A DNA stretch of 64,000 bases, taken from assembly GCA_964627605.1 (NCBI GenBank), contig CAZVGZ010000010.1, forward strand, positions 12,788 to 76,787, read 5' to 3'. Origin of the DNA: an uncultured bacterium. GTDB taxonomy: Bacteria > Latescibacterota > MWCZ01 > CAZVGZ01. Within the stretch, counting starts at the first letter, position 1; every line of letters begins with the position of its first letter. The notes below the pieces were generated by a model. That model saw only the letters and a program-made list of their open reading frames with translations. It had not been told where the DNA came from and ran no database searches. Below, piece by piece: positions 37,727 through 47,399 of the stretch. The position numbers were made by a program, and so were the translations under genes.

Positions 37727-39091
37727 CTATTGGGATACGTCGTCCGCCCCTTCTGCGCGGGCTTCGCTCTTTTTGCGCGCCCACCACTGGAGCCGTTCGG
37801 TGATGGTCTTCTCAAACCCGAAACGTCCAGGCTCGTAAAACTTCTGATCTGACAGCTCGTCTGGCAGATAGGTCTGCGCAGCGACGCCGTCCTCAGCGCT
37901 GGGATCGTACTGATACCCTTTGCCGTACCCCAAATCTTTCATGAGCGATGTGGGGGCGTTGCGGATATGAAGAGGCACCGGCAGGCTGCCATACTCTTTG
38001 GCTGCTGCCATCGCCTGCTTGAACGCAAAGTATGTGCTGTTGGATTTGGGAGCCGTGGCCAGGTATACCGCTAGCTCCGCCAACGCAAGCTCGCCCTCTG
38101 GGCTCCCTAACATCTGGTAGGCGTCGCGGGCTGCGATCGCTATGGGAAGAGCTTGAGGATCGGCAAGGCCGATGTCCTCGCTTGCCATACGAATCAGTCG
38201 ACGGGCCAAGTACATCGGCTCCTCGCCGCCGACCAACATTCGCGCCAGCCAGTAGAGGGCAGCGTCAGGGTCCGATCCTCTGACCGCCTTGTGGAGCGCT
38301 GAAATTGTGTTGTAGTGCTCTTCGCCGTCCCTGTCGTACAGAAGCGGCGTCTTTTGGAGCGCTTCCATGACCAACTCCGGCGTTATCTCATTGGCACCGT
38401 CTGCCAACGCCGCCGCTGAAGCTTCCAGAGCGTTCAGTGCGACCCGAGCATCACCATCCGAACGTTCGGCGAGCGTTTCGACCGCGTCGGGGTTGATGGT
38501 AACACCGTTGAGATGCAACCCTTGTTCGCTGTCTTTCGCCGCGCTTGTGATAATCGCAGCGAGATCGCTCTGTTGAAGCCGTTCTAATATGAATACCCGT
38601 GACCGGGACAGAAGAGCCGAGTTGACCTCGAAAGACGGGTTCTCGGTCGTGGCACCTACAAGGACAACCGTGCCGTCCTCCACATGCGGTAAGAACGCGT
38701 CTTGCTGCGCTTTGTTGAACCGGTGAATCTCGTCTACGAAAAGGATCGTGCGGCGACCAGCCATCAATCTGCTCTGTCGTGCCCGATCGACAATCAGCCG
38801 CACCTCCTTTATCCCGGAGGTGACTGCGCTGAAGCTTTCGAATTTGGCACCTGTGTGGTTGGCGATGATGCGAGCCAAAGTTGTCTTGCCTGTGCCTGGA
38901 GGGCCCCAGAGGATGACCGAGGAGAGCTGATCGCTCTCGATCAGACGCCTTAGCAGTGTTCCCTCGCCGATTATGTCCCGTTGACCGACGAACCCGTCCA
39001 GGGTGTCGGGGCGCATCCGTTCAGCCAGCGGTGCGTCGGCGGAGGACGCGTCTCCTTGCTCGTCAGTAGAATCGAAAAGATTGGCGGACAT
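37727..39091 (-). CDS. rarA: Replication-associated recombination protein A (AAA+ ATPase RarA/MgsA)
   Basis: Walker A LWGPPGTGKTTLARI, Walker B ILFVDEIHRF, and the MgsA C-terminal helical domain. 454 aa. Confidence 0.9.
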   Translation of the reverse strand: MSANLFDSTDEQGDASSADAPLAERMRPDTLDGFVGQRDIIGEGTLLRRLIESDQLSSVILWGPPGTGKTTLARIIANHTGAKFESFSAVTSGIKEVRLIVDRARQSRLMAGRRTILFVDEIHRFNKAQQDAFLPHVEDGTVVLVGATTENPSFEVNSALLSRSRVFILERLQQSDLAAIITSAAKDSEQGLHLNGVTINPDAVETLAERSDGDARVALNALEASAAALADGANEITPELVMEALQKTPLLYDRDGEEHYNTISALHKAVRGSDPDAALYWLARMLVGGEEPMYLARRLIRMASEDIGLADPQALPIAIAARDAYQMLGSPEGELALAELAVYLATAPKSNSTYFAFKQAMAAAKEYGSLPVPLHIRNAPTSLMKDLGYGKGYQYDPSAEDGVAAQTYLPDELSDQKFYEPGRFGFEKTITERLQWWARKKSEARAEGADDVSQ

Positions 39092-39262
39092 TTTTCCTAT
39101 GCTCAGTAGCTGAGTGATGGGTGTAGATAAACTACTATGCGTTCAAGATGGTTTATTTTTACGGGTATGCCAAGCCCGCGGTCGCGACACGTACAAGAGT
39201 GCGGGCCGTCCCTCTGTAGGATCGGCCCGCATAAAGCAATCTCTAAGCGCGTGTGTGCCTGT

Positions 39263-40015
39263 TTAGAAGTCCAGGCCAACCCGGGCCACCAATGAGAAAG
39301 CGCTGCCCCCTCTATCATTGGTTTTGTCTTTGACCAGATGGTAACGAGCTTCCATACCGATTTGGGGTGGCAGATAGGGGATTTTGAAACGCCAACCGAG
39401 CAGTAACTGTAGACCCAGTCCATAGACCATATCTTCTTCGAGCTCCGTGACGAATTGTTCCGCGTCGAACTCCGCCTCCGGGTCCTTCATAAGGTCAACA
39501 ATGTCTTCAGTGGAAAGCGCCTCGCCCGCTAGGGGAAGGAAAGCGCCAAATGTAGGCGCTACGCCACCGTAGAATTTGAACCAGTTTAGAACTGGAAGGG
39601 GTGGCTCCCAGAGGTCCTTCTTTAATGCGACATAGCCGTTTACGCGGGCGTACCCGATCTCGACTACCGCCGGCGGCGCGGCTATGCCTGGAGGAGGGGT
39701 GAAAGTGACGTCAAATTGTGCGGCAGCACTTTCAATACCCACTTCGAGATCGAACCACGGTAGAAAATCGACATAGAAATGCCCACCAAAGGCGCCACCA
39801 GTTCCGGTTTCTTGCCGGTCTAAGATTGCGCCAACAAACTCAAAAACTGTACCTGAGTTGGGGTCAGTGTAATTTGTTACGAAAGGAAAATTGTCAGCGT
39901 CCGCCGATATCCCGTCGGCGCCGCCATGGACTCCAAACCCGAATACGGCCCACGACTGTGATGTGCTCACTAGCACGATTGTTGCGACTGCGATAGCAGT
40001 TCGTCGCATTAGCAT
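39263..40015 (-). CDS. Putative outer-membrane beta-barrel protein with signal peptide
   Basis: N-terminal signal (AIAVATIVLVSTSQSWA), alternating amphipathic strands, terminal aromatic residue (LDF). Confidence 0.55.
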   Translation of the reverse strand: MLMRRTAIAVATIVLVSTSQSWAVFGFGVHGGADGISADADNFPFVTNYTDPNSGTVFEFVGAILDRQETGTGGAFGGHFYVDFLPWFDLEVGIESAAAQFDVTFTPPPGIAAPPAVVEIGYARVNGYVALKKDLWEPPLPVLNWFKFYGGVAPTFGAFLPLAGEALSTEDIVDLMKDPEAEFDAEQFVTELEEDMVYGLGLQLLLGWRFKIPYLPPQIGMEARYHLVKDKTNDRGGSAFSLVARVGLDF

Positions 40016-40123
40016 ACCTCCTGTCCATTAATGACGGTCGCGGCTTCTGCCGCGTCCGGTGGCCTCACCTGACGATGAGGTTTGGTCAAGATCGGTAAGT
40101 TCACTATACTCGTCTCCGCCCAA

Positions 40124-40564
40124 CTAGCTCTTTTCGGATTCGTCCGTCTCTTCCTGGCTCGAATCACCGGGCTTCTTGGATGGGCTTTCCGTCAACCCCA
40201 AAGCCGCCCTGTCCAGCGGCTCTCCTGATTCGACTTTGCCCCTGAATACCGCGCCCTCTTCTATGATCAAGAGCGAAGTTTTTAGATCGGCATAGACTCT
40301 TGAGGTAGATTCCAGTTCGACCCTGTGTTCGGCTACAATCTCACCAACGACTGTTCCAGCTATAATAGCTTCGCGGACCTCTATTTCCGCCTCAATCTTG
40401 CCGTTGGGCCCCACTGAAAGCGTGCCAGGCGATTTCAGGCTCCCTTTGAGCTGACCCTCAACTTTGATACCGGTGGCGATGTCGAAACTGCCCTCGACCG
40501 CTGAGTTCTCGCCGATGAGTGTGTCAATCGCTCCGTCGGGTGGAGCGCCATTCGGTTTTGCCAT
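40124..40564 (-). CDS. Bactofilin family cytoskeletal protein
   Basis: Repetitive beta-helical bactofilin pattern (xVEGxFxGxL, IAGTVVGEIV...) with an acidic C-terminal tail. 146 aa. Confidence 0.75.
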   Translation of the reverse strand: MAKPNGAPPDGAIDTLIGENSAVEGSFDIATGIKVEGQLKGSLKSPGTLSVGPNGKIEAEIEVREAIIAGTVVGEIVAEHRVELESTSRVYADLKTSLLIIEEGAVFRGKVESGEPLDRAALGLTESPSKKPGDSSQEETDESEKS

Positions 40565-40585
40565 GAACGGACCTTGTCTTTTGCG

Positions 40586-41296
40586 TTAAGGCACAATTAA
40601 CGGTGGAACCGCCGCCGCTTCACCGTCCACCGTGATCTCGTAGTAGAGGCGAGGCGTGCGCTCAGTGGCTTTGTTTACCACTGCGATCGGTTGTCCACCG
40701 CTGACCCACGATCCTTCGTCCACCAGTGGCGCTATTGTCAGCGCGTAGCGGCTGTCGACTCCGGTGCCGTGATTGATCTCTATTACGGTTCCTAGATCCG
40801 GTGACCAACGCACTTCGTTGACATAGCCAGCGGCTGTGGCCAACACCAGGTCACCTCTAGTCGCTTCAAAAATCACGCCATCCATATTGGACGGCTGTTC
40901 AAGGTTGTTTAGCGAGCCGCGCCAGTTCGCCAACGGCAGCCCCCACGGCAGCTGCCGCCGGACTTGAGGGTTGTCGCTACGATGCGGCGAGCGCTCACCT
41001 AATATCATGCGCAGCCGCTCATTTATAATCCAGATATGGGCGAGCTCTTCGCGCAGTTCACCGACGCGACTCGCCTGTCTCGATAGCTCGTTCCGTTCGG
41101 CTCTCAGCGACTCCAAAGCCGTGTCGTACCGGTAGGCCTGAAGGCAGCCGTATCCGCCGAAAACTACCCACAGCCCCAGTAGCCCTCCGCCAATTTTTAG
41201 ACCGAGCAGCCGCATTCGGCTGACCGCGTAGTCTTTGGTTGTGGCACCGTCATCGCTGACAACTTTTACATGGAGGACCCGCGGTCGCGTATTCAT
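40586..41296 (-). CDS. M23 family metallopeptidase (LytM domain) with N-terminal TM and coiled coil
   Basis: C-terminal INHGTGVDSRYA and GQPIAVV motifs typical of M23 peptidases. Directly downstream of the bactofilin gene. Confidence 0.75.
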   Translation of the reverse strand: MNTRPRVLHVKVVSDDGATTKDYAVSRMRLLGLKIGGGLLGLWVVFGGYGCLQAYRYDTALESLRAERNELSRQASRVGELREELAHIWIINERLRMILGERSPHRSDNPQVRRQLPWGLPLANWRGSLNNLEQPSNMDGVIFEATRGDLVLATAAGYVNEVRWSPDLGTVIEINHGTGVDSRYALTIAPLVDEGSWVSGGQPIAVVNKATERTPRLYYEITVDGEAAAVPPLIVP

Positions 41297-41357
41297 CGGG
41301 GCTTACCTGTCACCGGACAAATATAAATGGCGCACCCATTTCGCGCAATCAGGGCGG

Positions 41358-42845
41358 TCAGTCAGCCAGTTCGCCAGCTGTCGCCTCAATCTGCCTGTAT
41401 ACATCGACGGCCTGGCGAAAATATGATAGGGCTTCTTCGCGGGCTTGAGACGATGGAAACCAGCCTTCTCGGCTGACTTGTAAGATCAACTCTTCGATCC
41501 GCCCGGCGAAATACCGGGCTGCTTCTGCGTCGGCGACCGGACGACCCTGGTAGCTGAGATAGACCGGGCTGGTATGCGCAAAGCGGATGGTCCTCTCCAT
41601 CGGCGCAAACGCCCTAATAGCCAACCAGCCGCTTCCCCCGACCACCACTTCACTCTCAAGGTGAACCAGGTGTGGGTCGCCATTCGGGGTGGCTTCTGCT
41701 ATTACATCGCCGTTGTGGACCAGCTCTAACCTGTCAATCGGCTCCAGACCCCGGGCTGTCGCCACCACTTCCACCGGCGGTGATCCGCTGCCCAATTTGA
41801 CGGTGTCGCCTATCTCTCTGCCAGAGACACTCATTTTCAGAATCGGCCCATTTGTGGCGAAACTACGGCCAGCTTTGAGCCTTTCAAACCAGCTTTCATA
41901 GCTCAGCGGGGCGTCACCAAAATGGACGTAGGCTCGGTTGTATCCCACCGGGCTTGGCATTATTCCTGAAGCGGTGCCAGCGCTGGCACCAAGTTGAAAC
42001 CCACAGTTCAGAAACCTGGAGTACAGGTCGCAAAACCAGAGCACAAAACCCATCCAGTGGGTGTGGTCGAACTCCCTTGGCCACGCGCCCCACTCCTCAG
42101 CTCCCAGCATAATTTTCTGCCGGTGAAAATGGTTGGTTACGACACCCATAGAATCGACTCCGCCCAGCGCGACATTGACCGGTGTCTCGTGCCAGAACGG
42201 TTTTTCGGCGTCGACATGCGCACCTGCTTTTTTTGCCAAACGTGCCAGATGGATGTCAGTGGGCGAGTGGTGATCGACGAGGATCGTGACCGGGTCACTG
42301 AGCCCCAGGAAGATGATGGCTCCGCCACCGGTAAACAGCCGCTCTATCTCCTGATCGCACACGCTGACAAAGTGGGTGTCGTCCACCGGGATAATCGGCT
42401 GACTGAGCTTTGGCTCGTCCACCCAAGCCGATTTGTGGTTGTGGACGGTAATGTTGGTGCCTATATGGAGGTCTTCGGCCAGAATGAGCTCAGGCATTTC
42501 GTGCCAGTCGCGGTGGACATGAAGATCACCGGCGTACCAGCCCGACATATCGATCCATCTGGACAGGCTGATGGTGTGTTCTAAGAGCTCGCCATCTGCC
42601 AGAGTGATGCTTTTTTCAATCGGTGTATACTCAAGGCCTCGCTCCACGCGGACGGTGATCTCTCCTGCTGGGACTTCGGCGGTGAATCCGCCCTGGACTA
42701 TAGTGTGGGTCTCCTCGCCCTTTGAGAACTGTATGCCGTTGTCGATGGGGAGGTGTTCGCCATCTGCCGAAGTGACGTAGACGCGGGCGTGTACAGGCTG
42801 TCCGGTGGACTCATCAACGATGGTGTATTCAAGGTTGGCGGCCAT
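41358..42845 (-). CDS. Putative PHP-domain/CehA-McbA-like metal-dependent hydrolase
   Basis: GDLHVHRDWHE His-rich metal-binding motif. 495 aa. Family assignment tentative. Confidence 0.55.
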   Translation of the reverse strand: MAANLEYTIVDESTGQPVHARVYVTSADGEHLPIDNGIQFSKGEETHTIVQGGFTAEVPAGEITVRVERGLEYTPIEKSITLADGELLEHTISLSRWIDMSGWYAGDLHVHRDWHEMPELILAEDLHIGTNITVHNHKSAWVDEPKLSQPIIPVDDTHFVSVCDQEIERLFTGGGAIIFLGLSDPVTILVDHHSPTDIHLARLAKKAGAHVDAEKPFWHETPVNVALGGVDSMGVVTNHFHRQKIMLGAEEWGAWPREFDHTHWMGFVLWFCDLYSRFLNCGFQLGASAGTASGIMPSPVGYNRAYVHFGDAPLSYESWFERLKAGRSFATNGPILKMSVSGREIGDTVKLGSGSPPVEVVATARGLEPIDRLELVHNGDVIAEATPNGDPHLVHLESEVVVGGSGWLAIRAFAPMERTIRFAHTSPVYLSYQGRPVADAEAARYFAGRIEELILQVSREGWFPSSQAREEALSYFRQAVDVYRQIEATAGELAD

Positions 42846-43034
42846 CGTCTATATCTCTTCCTCTGTTGCGCCTCTGAAATATGCTCCTCTCAGCGTAACG
42901 GATTCCGCCGATGAGGACAAGGTGAGCAGCGGCTACGGAAAAGGCGGAGTCACGCCGGTTCGACTCCGTAATTTGCTCATGTCCGCAACCAACGAGCCCC
43001 TCCTTTGGCGAGGGGCCAAAAAACCCGATCGGGC

Positions 43035-44285
43035 TTAGCGGGCAAAGCTTGCCGCTACTTTGGTTAGCCCTTCTACGATGTCGTCCACATCTGCGTCGGT
43101 GTATCCCTCGTTCCAGTTGGTGATAAACCAGTGACCGAGCGCCCAGATGGTGCCAGGATAGTCCTTTCGGTCGTGGCTGATGTTCTGGCGTGCGGCGTCA
43201 GTAGTGTAGGGCCAGCCAGATGTGCCGAATGTGAGCTGATCGGCGACAACCGGGTATTCGAACACCGGATTAGGGATGTAGCCTTTTGAGAAAGGCATCC
43301 CCTCGGCGCTGATAGCTTTGGCGAAATCATCTAGCGAGACGTCTAGAATCTCCTCGTCAATGGTGAAGCAGAATATCCACCAGGAGTGGTCAATGTCTGC
43401 AAGCTGTTTGGGTGGGTTAAGGCCTTTGATAGATTCCATCGCTTTGGCAAGTTTGCCTGCGGTGGCTCTTCTGCGGGAGATTATTGTGTCCAGCTTGGCG
43501 AGTTGGGCCAGACCCACGGCAGCTTGGAGTTCGGTCATGCGGTAGTTGATGCCCAGGAATAGGTGGCCTCTGCGTCCGTCGTTGACTCTTGGCCACCCCT
43601 TATCTGAAAAGAGGCGCATACGGTCTTGCAGGTCGTCATCGTCAGTGATGCACATCCCGCCGTCGCCTGTAGTCAACTGCTTTGACTGCTGAAAACTGAA
43701 CGCTCCGATATCGCCCATCGTCCCGACCATTCGGCCCTTGTACTGTGCGAAATGGGCTTGAGCGCAGTCTTCTATTACCCGTAGGTCGCGGCGTTTTGCG
43801 AGGTCCATGATCGGGTCCATGTCGCACGGCTGCCCGAACAGGTGGACCGGTATGACCGCTTTGGTCTTTTCGCTAAGGACTGTTTCGATTGTTTCTGCTG
43901 AAATGCAGCCTGTCAACGGATCGACATCGGCGAAGATCGGGACCGCCTGGCACCACAAGACGGCTATTATGGTTCCCATGTCGGTAATGGTGGTGGTTAC
44001 CACCTCGTCGCCAGGCTCTAAGTTGAGCCCGCCCACCGCCACATGTAGCGCTGCGGTACCTGAACTTGATGCCACGGCGTGTACAACACCGTAGGCTTTG
44101 GCAAAGCCTTCCTCGAACGCCGGTGTTTTGGTGCCTCCGACGCGGTTTAGGCAACCAGAATCGATCACCTCTCCTAAGAGCCGTTTCTCCTCTTCGCCAA
44201 ACATCCTGCCTGTGGAGTTGCCAACACTGGGAAACGGGTCGGTGCGGGTTTTAGGACCGCCATTGACGGCTAGCTGCTCGGACAT
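43035..44285 (-). CDS. DegT/DnrJ/EryC1/StrS family PLP-dependent sugar aminotransferase
   Basis: SFQQSKQLTTGDGG PLP-lysine motif. Start at MSEQLAVNGG with a GGGGAG RBS. Upstream ORF extension ignored. Confidence 0.85.
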   Translation of the reverse strand: MSEQLAVNGGPKTRTDPFPSVGNSTGRMFGEEEKRLLGEVIDSGCLNRVGGTKTPAFEEGFAKAYGVVHAVASSSGTAALHVAVGGLNLEPGDEVVTTTITDMGTIIAVLWCQAVPIFADVDPLTGCISAETIETVLSEKTKAVIPVHLFGQPCDMDPIMDLAKRRDLRVIEDCAQAHFAQYKGRMVGTMGDIGAFSFQQSKQLTTGDGGMCITDDDDLQDRMRLFSDKGWPRVNDGRRGHLFLGINYRMTELQAAVGLAQLAKLDTIISRRRATAGKLAKAMESIKGLNPPKQLADIDHSWWIFCFTIDEEILDVSLDDFAKAISAEGMPFSKGYIPNPVFEYPVVADQLTFGTSGWPYTTDAARQNISHDRKDYPGTIWALGHWFITNWNEGYTDADVDDIVEGLTKVAASFAR

Positions 44286-44516
44286 GGTAGACTCCCCAAA
44301 AAATGGTTTCACTTCGCGTGGTATGTAGGTCTGAAAATGCGTTTGGTCATATGGGCTTGGTGGCTTTGACAGAGAACACATATGGAAGAGCCGGATATCC
44401 CTTGGGCAGCCGATACCATCTGTCATCGCCGAGTTCCATGAATGGGAATCGCGCGAAGCCGCACACGGGGTATTCCTGAAAGCTCTCGATGTGCAGCCCT
44501 GCACTAAAAAGCGCGC

Positions 44517-45022
44517 CTAAATGTCCGAGAGGCTATGCGACCACTCAAACCCCTGAGCAGGCTCCATATCGATTGGGCCAACATAGGAGCCCGTTACACT
44601 GTACTCGTCCGGCGCTTTCGAGTGAAAATAGCTCGCTTCAGCCTTCAGTTCTGAGTCGTCGGCGCCAAAAATGTCCGCCAAAGGATGATGTTCGACTATG
44701 AAAAACGTTCCGCCTGGCTTTAGGTATTGGGCCACTATCCTACCCCACTCGGGCATGTCGTGCAGCCAGCATTTGATCCCATAGGATGTGAACACGATGT
44801 CGTATTTGTCGTGTAGTTGGTTGGATAGATCATATAGATCGCAGCAGACGAAGCGTGCGTGCAGGAGTGATTTTCCGGCGACGTCAGGCAGTCGTCCAGC
44901 TCAATCGACCACAGAGTATTTCGTCCGGCCTTAAAGCCGTCGTTGTCGTAGAAATCCAAGTCTACGTGAAACCGTGCCCAGGCATCCCACACTGCACGAT
45001 TTGATTGTGTGTATTCATTCAT
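44517..45022 (-). pseudogene. Class I SAM-dependent methyltransferase disrupted by a single frameshift near 44885
   Basis: N-terminal half in the 44735..45022 frame. The motif-bearing continuation (GRLPDVAGKSLLHARFVCCDLYD...VFTSYGIKCWL) lies in the 44517..44795 frame. The shift is at ...SIELD|GRLPD. Confidence 0.6.
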
Positions 45023-45042
45023 CGCTCATCACTCCTGGTACC

Positions 45043-46089
45043 CTACTGGTCAATCAAACTCACCGACGCCCCGGTTTCATGGCTGCGGTAGAGCCCATCA
45101 AGCATCTGAAGCATCTCAAAGCCCTGTGAGACCGGGGCAATGGGTTCGTCACCTTTGAGAATACAGTCAACAAAATGGGCGAACTGGCTTTTTTCGGTGA
45201 GGTCGGATGCGGCTGGAGTCAGGTCGGTCATCCCGCCATCAGTGTCCTCGCCAGTGACTTGAAACGGATACAGCTCGGCACCACCACCACTTCCCAATAC
45301 GCGGATGTGGATAACTTCCTGCGGGACGAAACTGGCCCACGCGTTGTCTAGCATCGCTGCCGCGTCGTTCTCAAAACGGATAATCCCGCACCCAAAATCC
45401 TCCACATCAAACGCCGCTCCCTGTTTGGCCCATTCGCGATTGGCGACGCCTACAGGCGCCAAATCCTGGGTGGTCATACCGCAGGCGCTCACCGGTTTGG
45501 GGCATCCCATCAAGAACCAGGTTACGTCCAGCAGGTGGACGCCGTTGTCTATCAGCGCCCCGCCTCCGGACATCGCTTTGGTGGAAAACCATCCCGATTT
45601 TGGTATCCCGTCAAGATTTCGCAGATACGTTGACCAGCCGTAGTAGACCTGCCCCATTTCACCGCTGTCCACCAACCCGCGGATGTGTTGAGCCTCGCCG
45701 CCATATCGGAACTTCATCCCCACGAGCGCGGTCAGTTCTGGGTGGGCGGTGGCAGCGTCCAGGATAAGACGCCCGTGTTCGATGGTGTCCGCCAGCGGCT
45801 TTTCGCACAGAATATGCTTGCCTGCGTTGAGCGCGTAGACCGCGACCTCATGGTGAAGTGAATTGGGCACGCAGATGCTCACGGCGTCGATGCCGTCATC
45901 ATCGCACACTTGTTTGAAATCGGTGAAAATGCGCTCAACACCGTACTTGTCAGCTGCTTCCTTGAGCCGGGCCTGGTCGATGTCGCATATCGCCGCTATT
46001 TCGGCCTGTTCCACCTCAGAATAGCTTTCGATGTGCCATCTGCCGATTCCGGTTCCCACGATGCCGATCTGGACTTTTCCATTGGTCAA
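45043..46089 (-). CDS. Gfo/Idh/MocA family NAD(P)-dependent oxidoreductase
   Basis: N-terminal IGIVGTGIGRWH Rossmann motif and the EKPLA motif. Start estimated at a TTG with AGGAG upstream; the ORF track start at 46263 is likely an over-extension. Confidence 0.75.
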   Translation of the reverse strand: MTNGKVQIGIVGTGIGRWHIESYSEVEQAEIAAICDIDQARLKEAADKYGVERIFTDFKQVCDDDGIDAVSICVPNSLHHEVAVYALNAGKHILCEKPLADTIEHGRLILDAATAHPELTALVGMKFRYGGEAQHIRGLVDSGEMGQVYYGWSTYLRNLDGIPKSGWFSTKAMSGGGALIDNGVHLLDVTWFLMGCPKPVSACGMTTQDLAPVGVANREWAKQGAAFDVEDFGCGIIRFENDAAAMLDNAWASFVPQEVIHIRVLGSGGGAELYPFQVTGEDTDGGMTDLTPAASDLTEKSQFAHFVDCILKGDEPIAPVSQGFEMLQMLDGLYRSHETGASVSLIDQ

Positions 46090-46245
46090 AACGTCTGCTC
46101 CTGATGCTTGGTTCAAAATGGCCGTCCTCAAAAGAATACAGCCCGAACGGCTGCTTGCGGTAGCGGATGAACTAACACCCCAGTTGAGGGAGTAGGTCAA
46201 GGAGCATGGCGCTTGGCCCACGAAAGCTTGGGGCCTATCATTTAG

Positions 46246-46683
46246 TTGCTGATGACTACTCACACAAAAAAGACTTTGGGGGCCGTGTGGTTTGCAGTGG
46301 CTCTTGGAGCGTGCGGTTTTTTTGATACCGGCAACACGCCTGATCCAATTGAGGGCATCTGGGGAGGTAGGTACCCGCCGACATTTAGTGCCATGCAGGA
46401 CAGCGCGCAGTGGACTTTTACCGGCGGTGGAATCTATCTCTTAGTGTCGTACCGCCAGGATGTCTACTACGACCGGACAGTCGGGTACTACGAGGCTAGT
46501 GGACGAGTGCTTACTCTGTCCGAGGAGCCGATGGGAGGCGGGCTCGTTGAGGAACTGCTATACATGGTCACCGACGATGACCGTCTGGAACTGACCATTC
46601 AGCGCGGCGGCGGTGAGACTTTGACACACATCCGATTGGGTGACGCTGACGACGCCGAAGAGTTTCGTGTACCGAACCCTTGA
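46246..46683 (+). CDS. Hypothetical lipoprotein
   Basis: Signal peptide with lipobox ALGACG. 145 aa. Confidence 0.45.
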   Translation: MLMTTHTKKTLGAVWFAVALGACGFFDTGNTPDPIEGIWGGRYPPTFSAMQDSAQWTFTGGGIYLLVSYRQDVYYDRTVGYYEASGRVLTLSEEPMGGGLVEELLYMVTDDDRLELTIQRGGGETLTHIRLGDADDAEEFRVPNP

Positions 46684-46811
46684 GGGGATAGCAGTGCTAG
46701 TGCAGCTTGGGGTCCTCTATCGCCCACATCTACTGTTGGATGAAGACTAAATGCATCCTCACGATATTCTTGCCAGTTCGTACTTCTGATCCCAGGCACC
46801 CACAAGTTTTT

Positions 46812-47123
46812 TCAGGCGCCGCACCGAAACTGCAACGAGGCGCGCCGGGATGGTTCCGATTCTCCGGTAATCTCATCGCATCGCAACGTAGGCATATCCT
46901 CAATGTTAAGGCTGTAGGCCATGTCGTTCCAGCCGTGATAGATGACTACGATGTCTAGGTCAGACCATCTCAGTCGGTTCCAAAGGCGTGAGAGGCTCTC
47001 AAAAGATGTGTAGCAAGACGAAACTCGGTCCAACACTTCCGAACCTTGGCCGCGTTCGACAAGCACCCGTCCGATCTGGCGGGTCCATCGCAGTGCCCCC
47101 CCTCGGGAAAAGGAGCTCATCAC
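46812..47123 (-). pseudogene. SGNH/GDSL hydrolase internal fragment (blocks II-III only)
   Basis: RWSDLDIVVIYHGWNDM resembles the GxND block of SGNH hydrolases (compare PQVVHWNNGLHDV in the intact paralog at 58340..58918). No GDS block or C-terminal part. Confidence 0.35.
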
Positions 47124-47399
47124 TCCTGGTGGTTTGGAGAGCGCGACCGCTGAGGTGTGGACCGTGCCCTAGCTATTGATGTGAGTCGGGCCATATCTAC
47201 CAAGCCTGGCTGAACGGACGCTGAACAAGCCGGGTCGAGACCAGACGAACGTCGGTGCAAAGTCGATAGAGACTCGTGCGGCGATCTCGCCGACAATCGC
47301 GCAGACAACAGCGTGGGCGTTGGCGCAGAAATCCTGGGGAGAAGATCATGGCTTGCCGAAGGCCAATACCAGTCGCCTGACGAGCCTGAAGCGATTCAG

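Noticed and set aside
42940-42975. GGTTCGACTCC motif suggestive of a tRNA T-arm, and a nearby 5-bp/7-nt hairpin with an anticodon-loop-like CTTTGGC
   Set aside because: The flanking sequence does not form T, acceptor, D and anticodon stems with correct spacing. Interpreted as simple hairpins in the DegT / PHP-hydrolase intergenic region.
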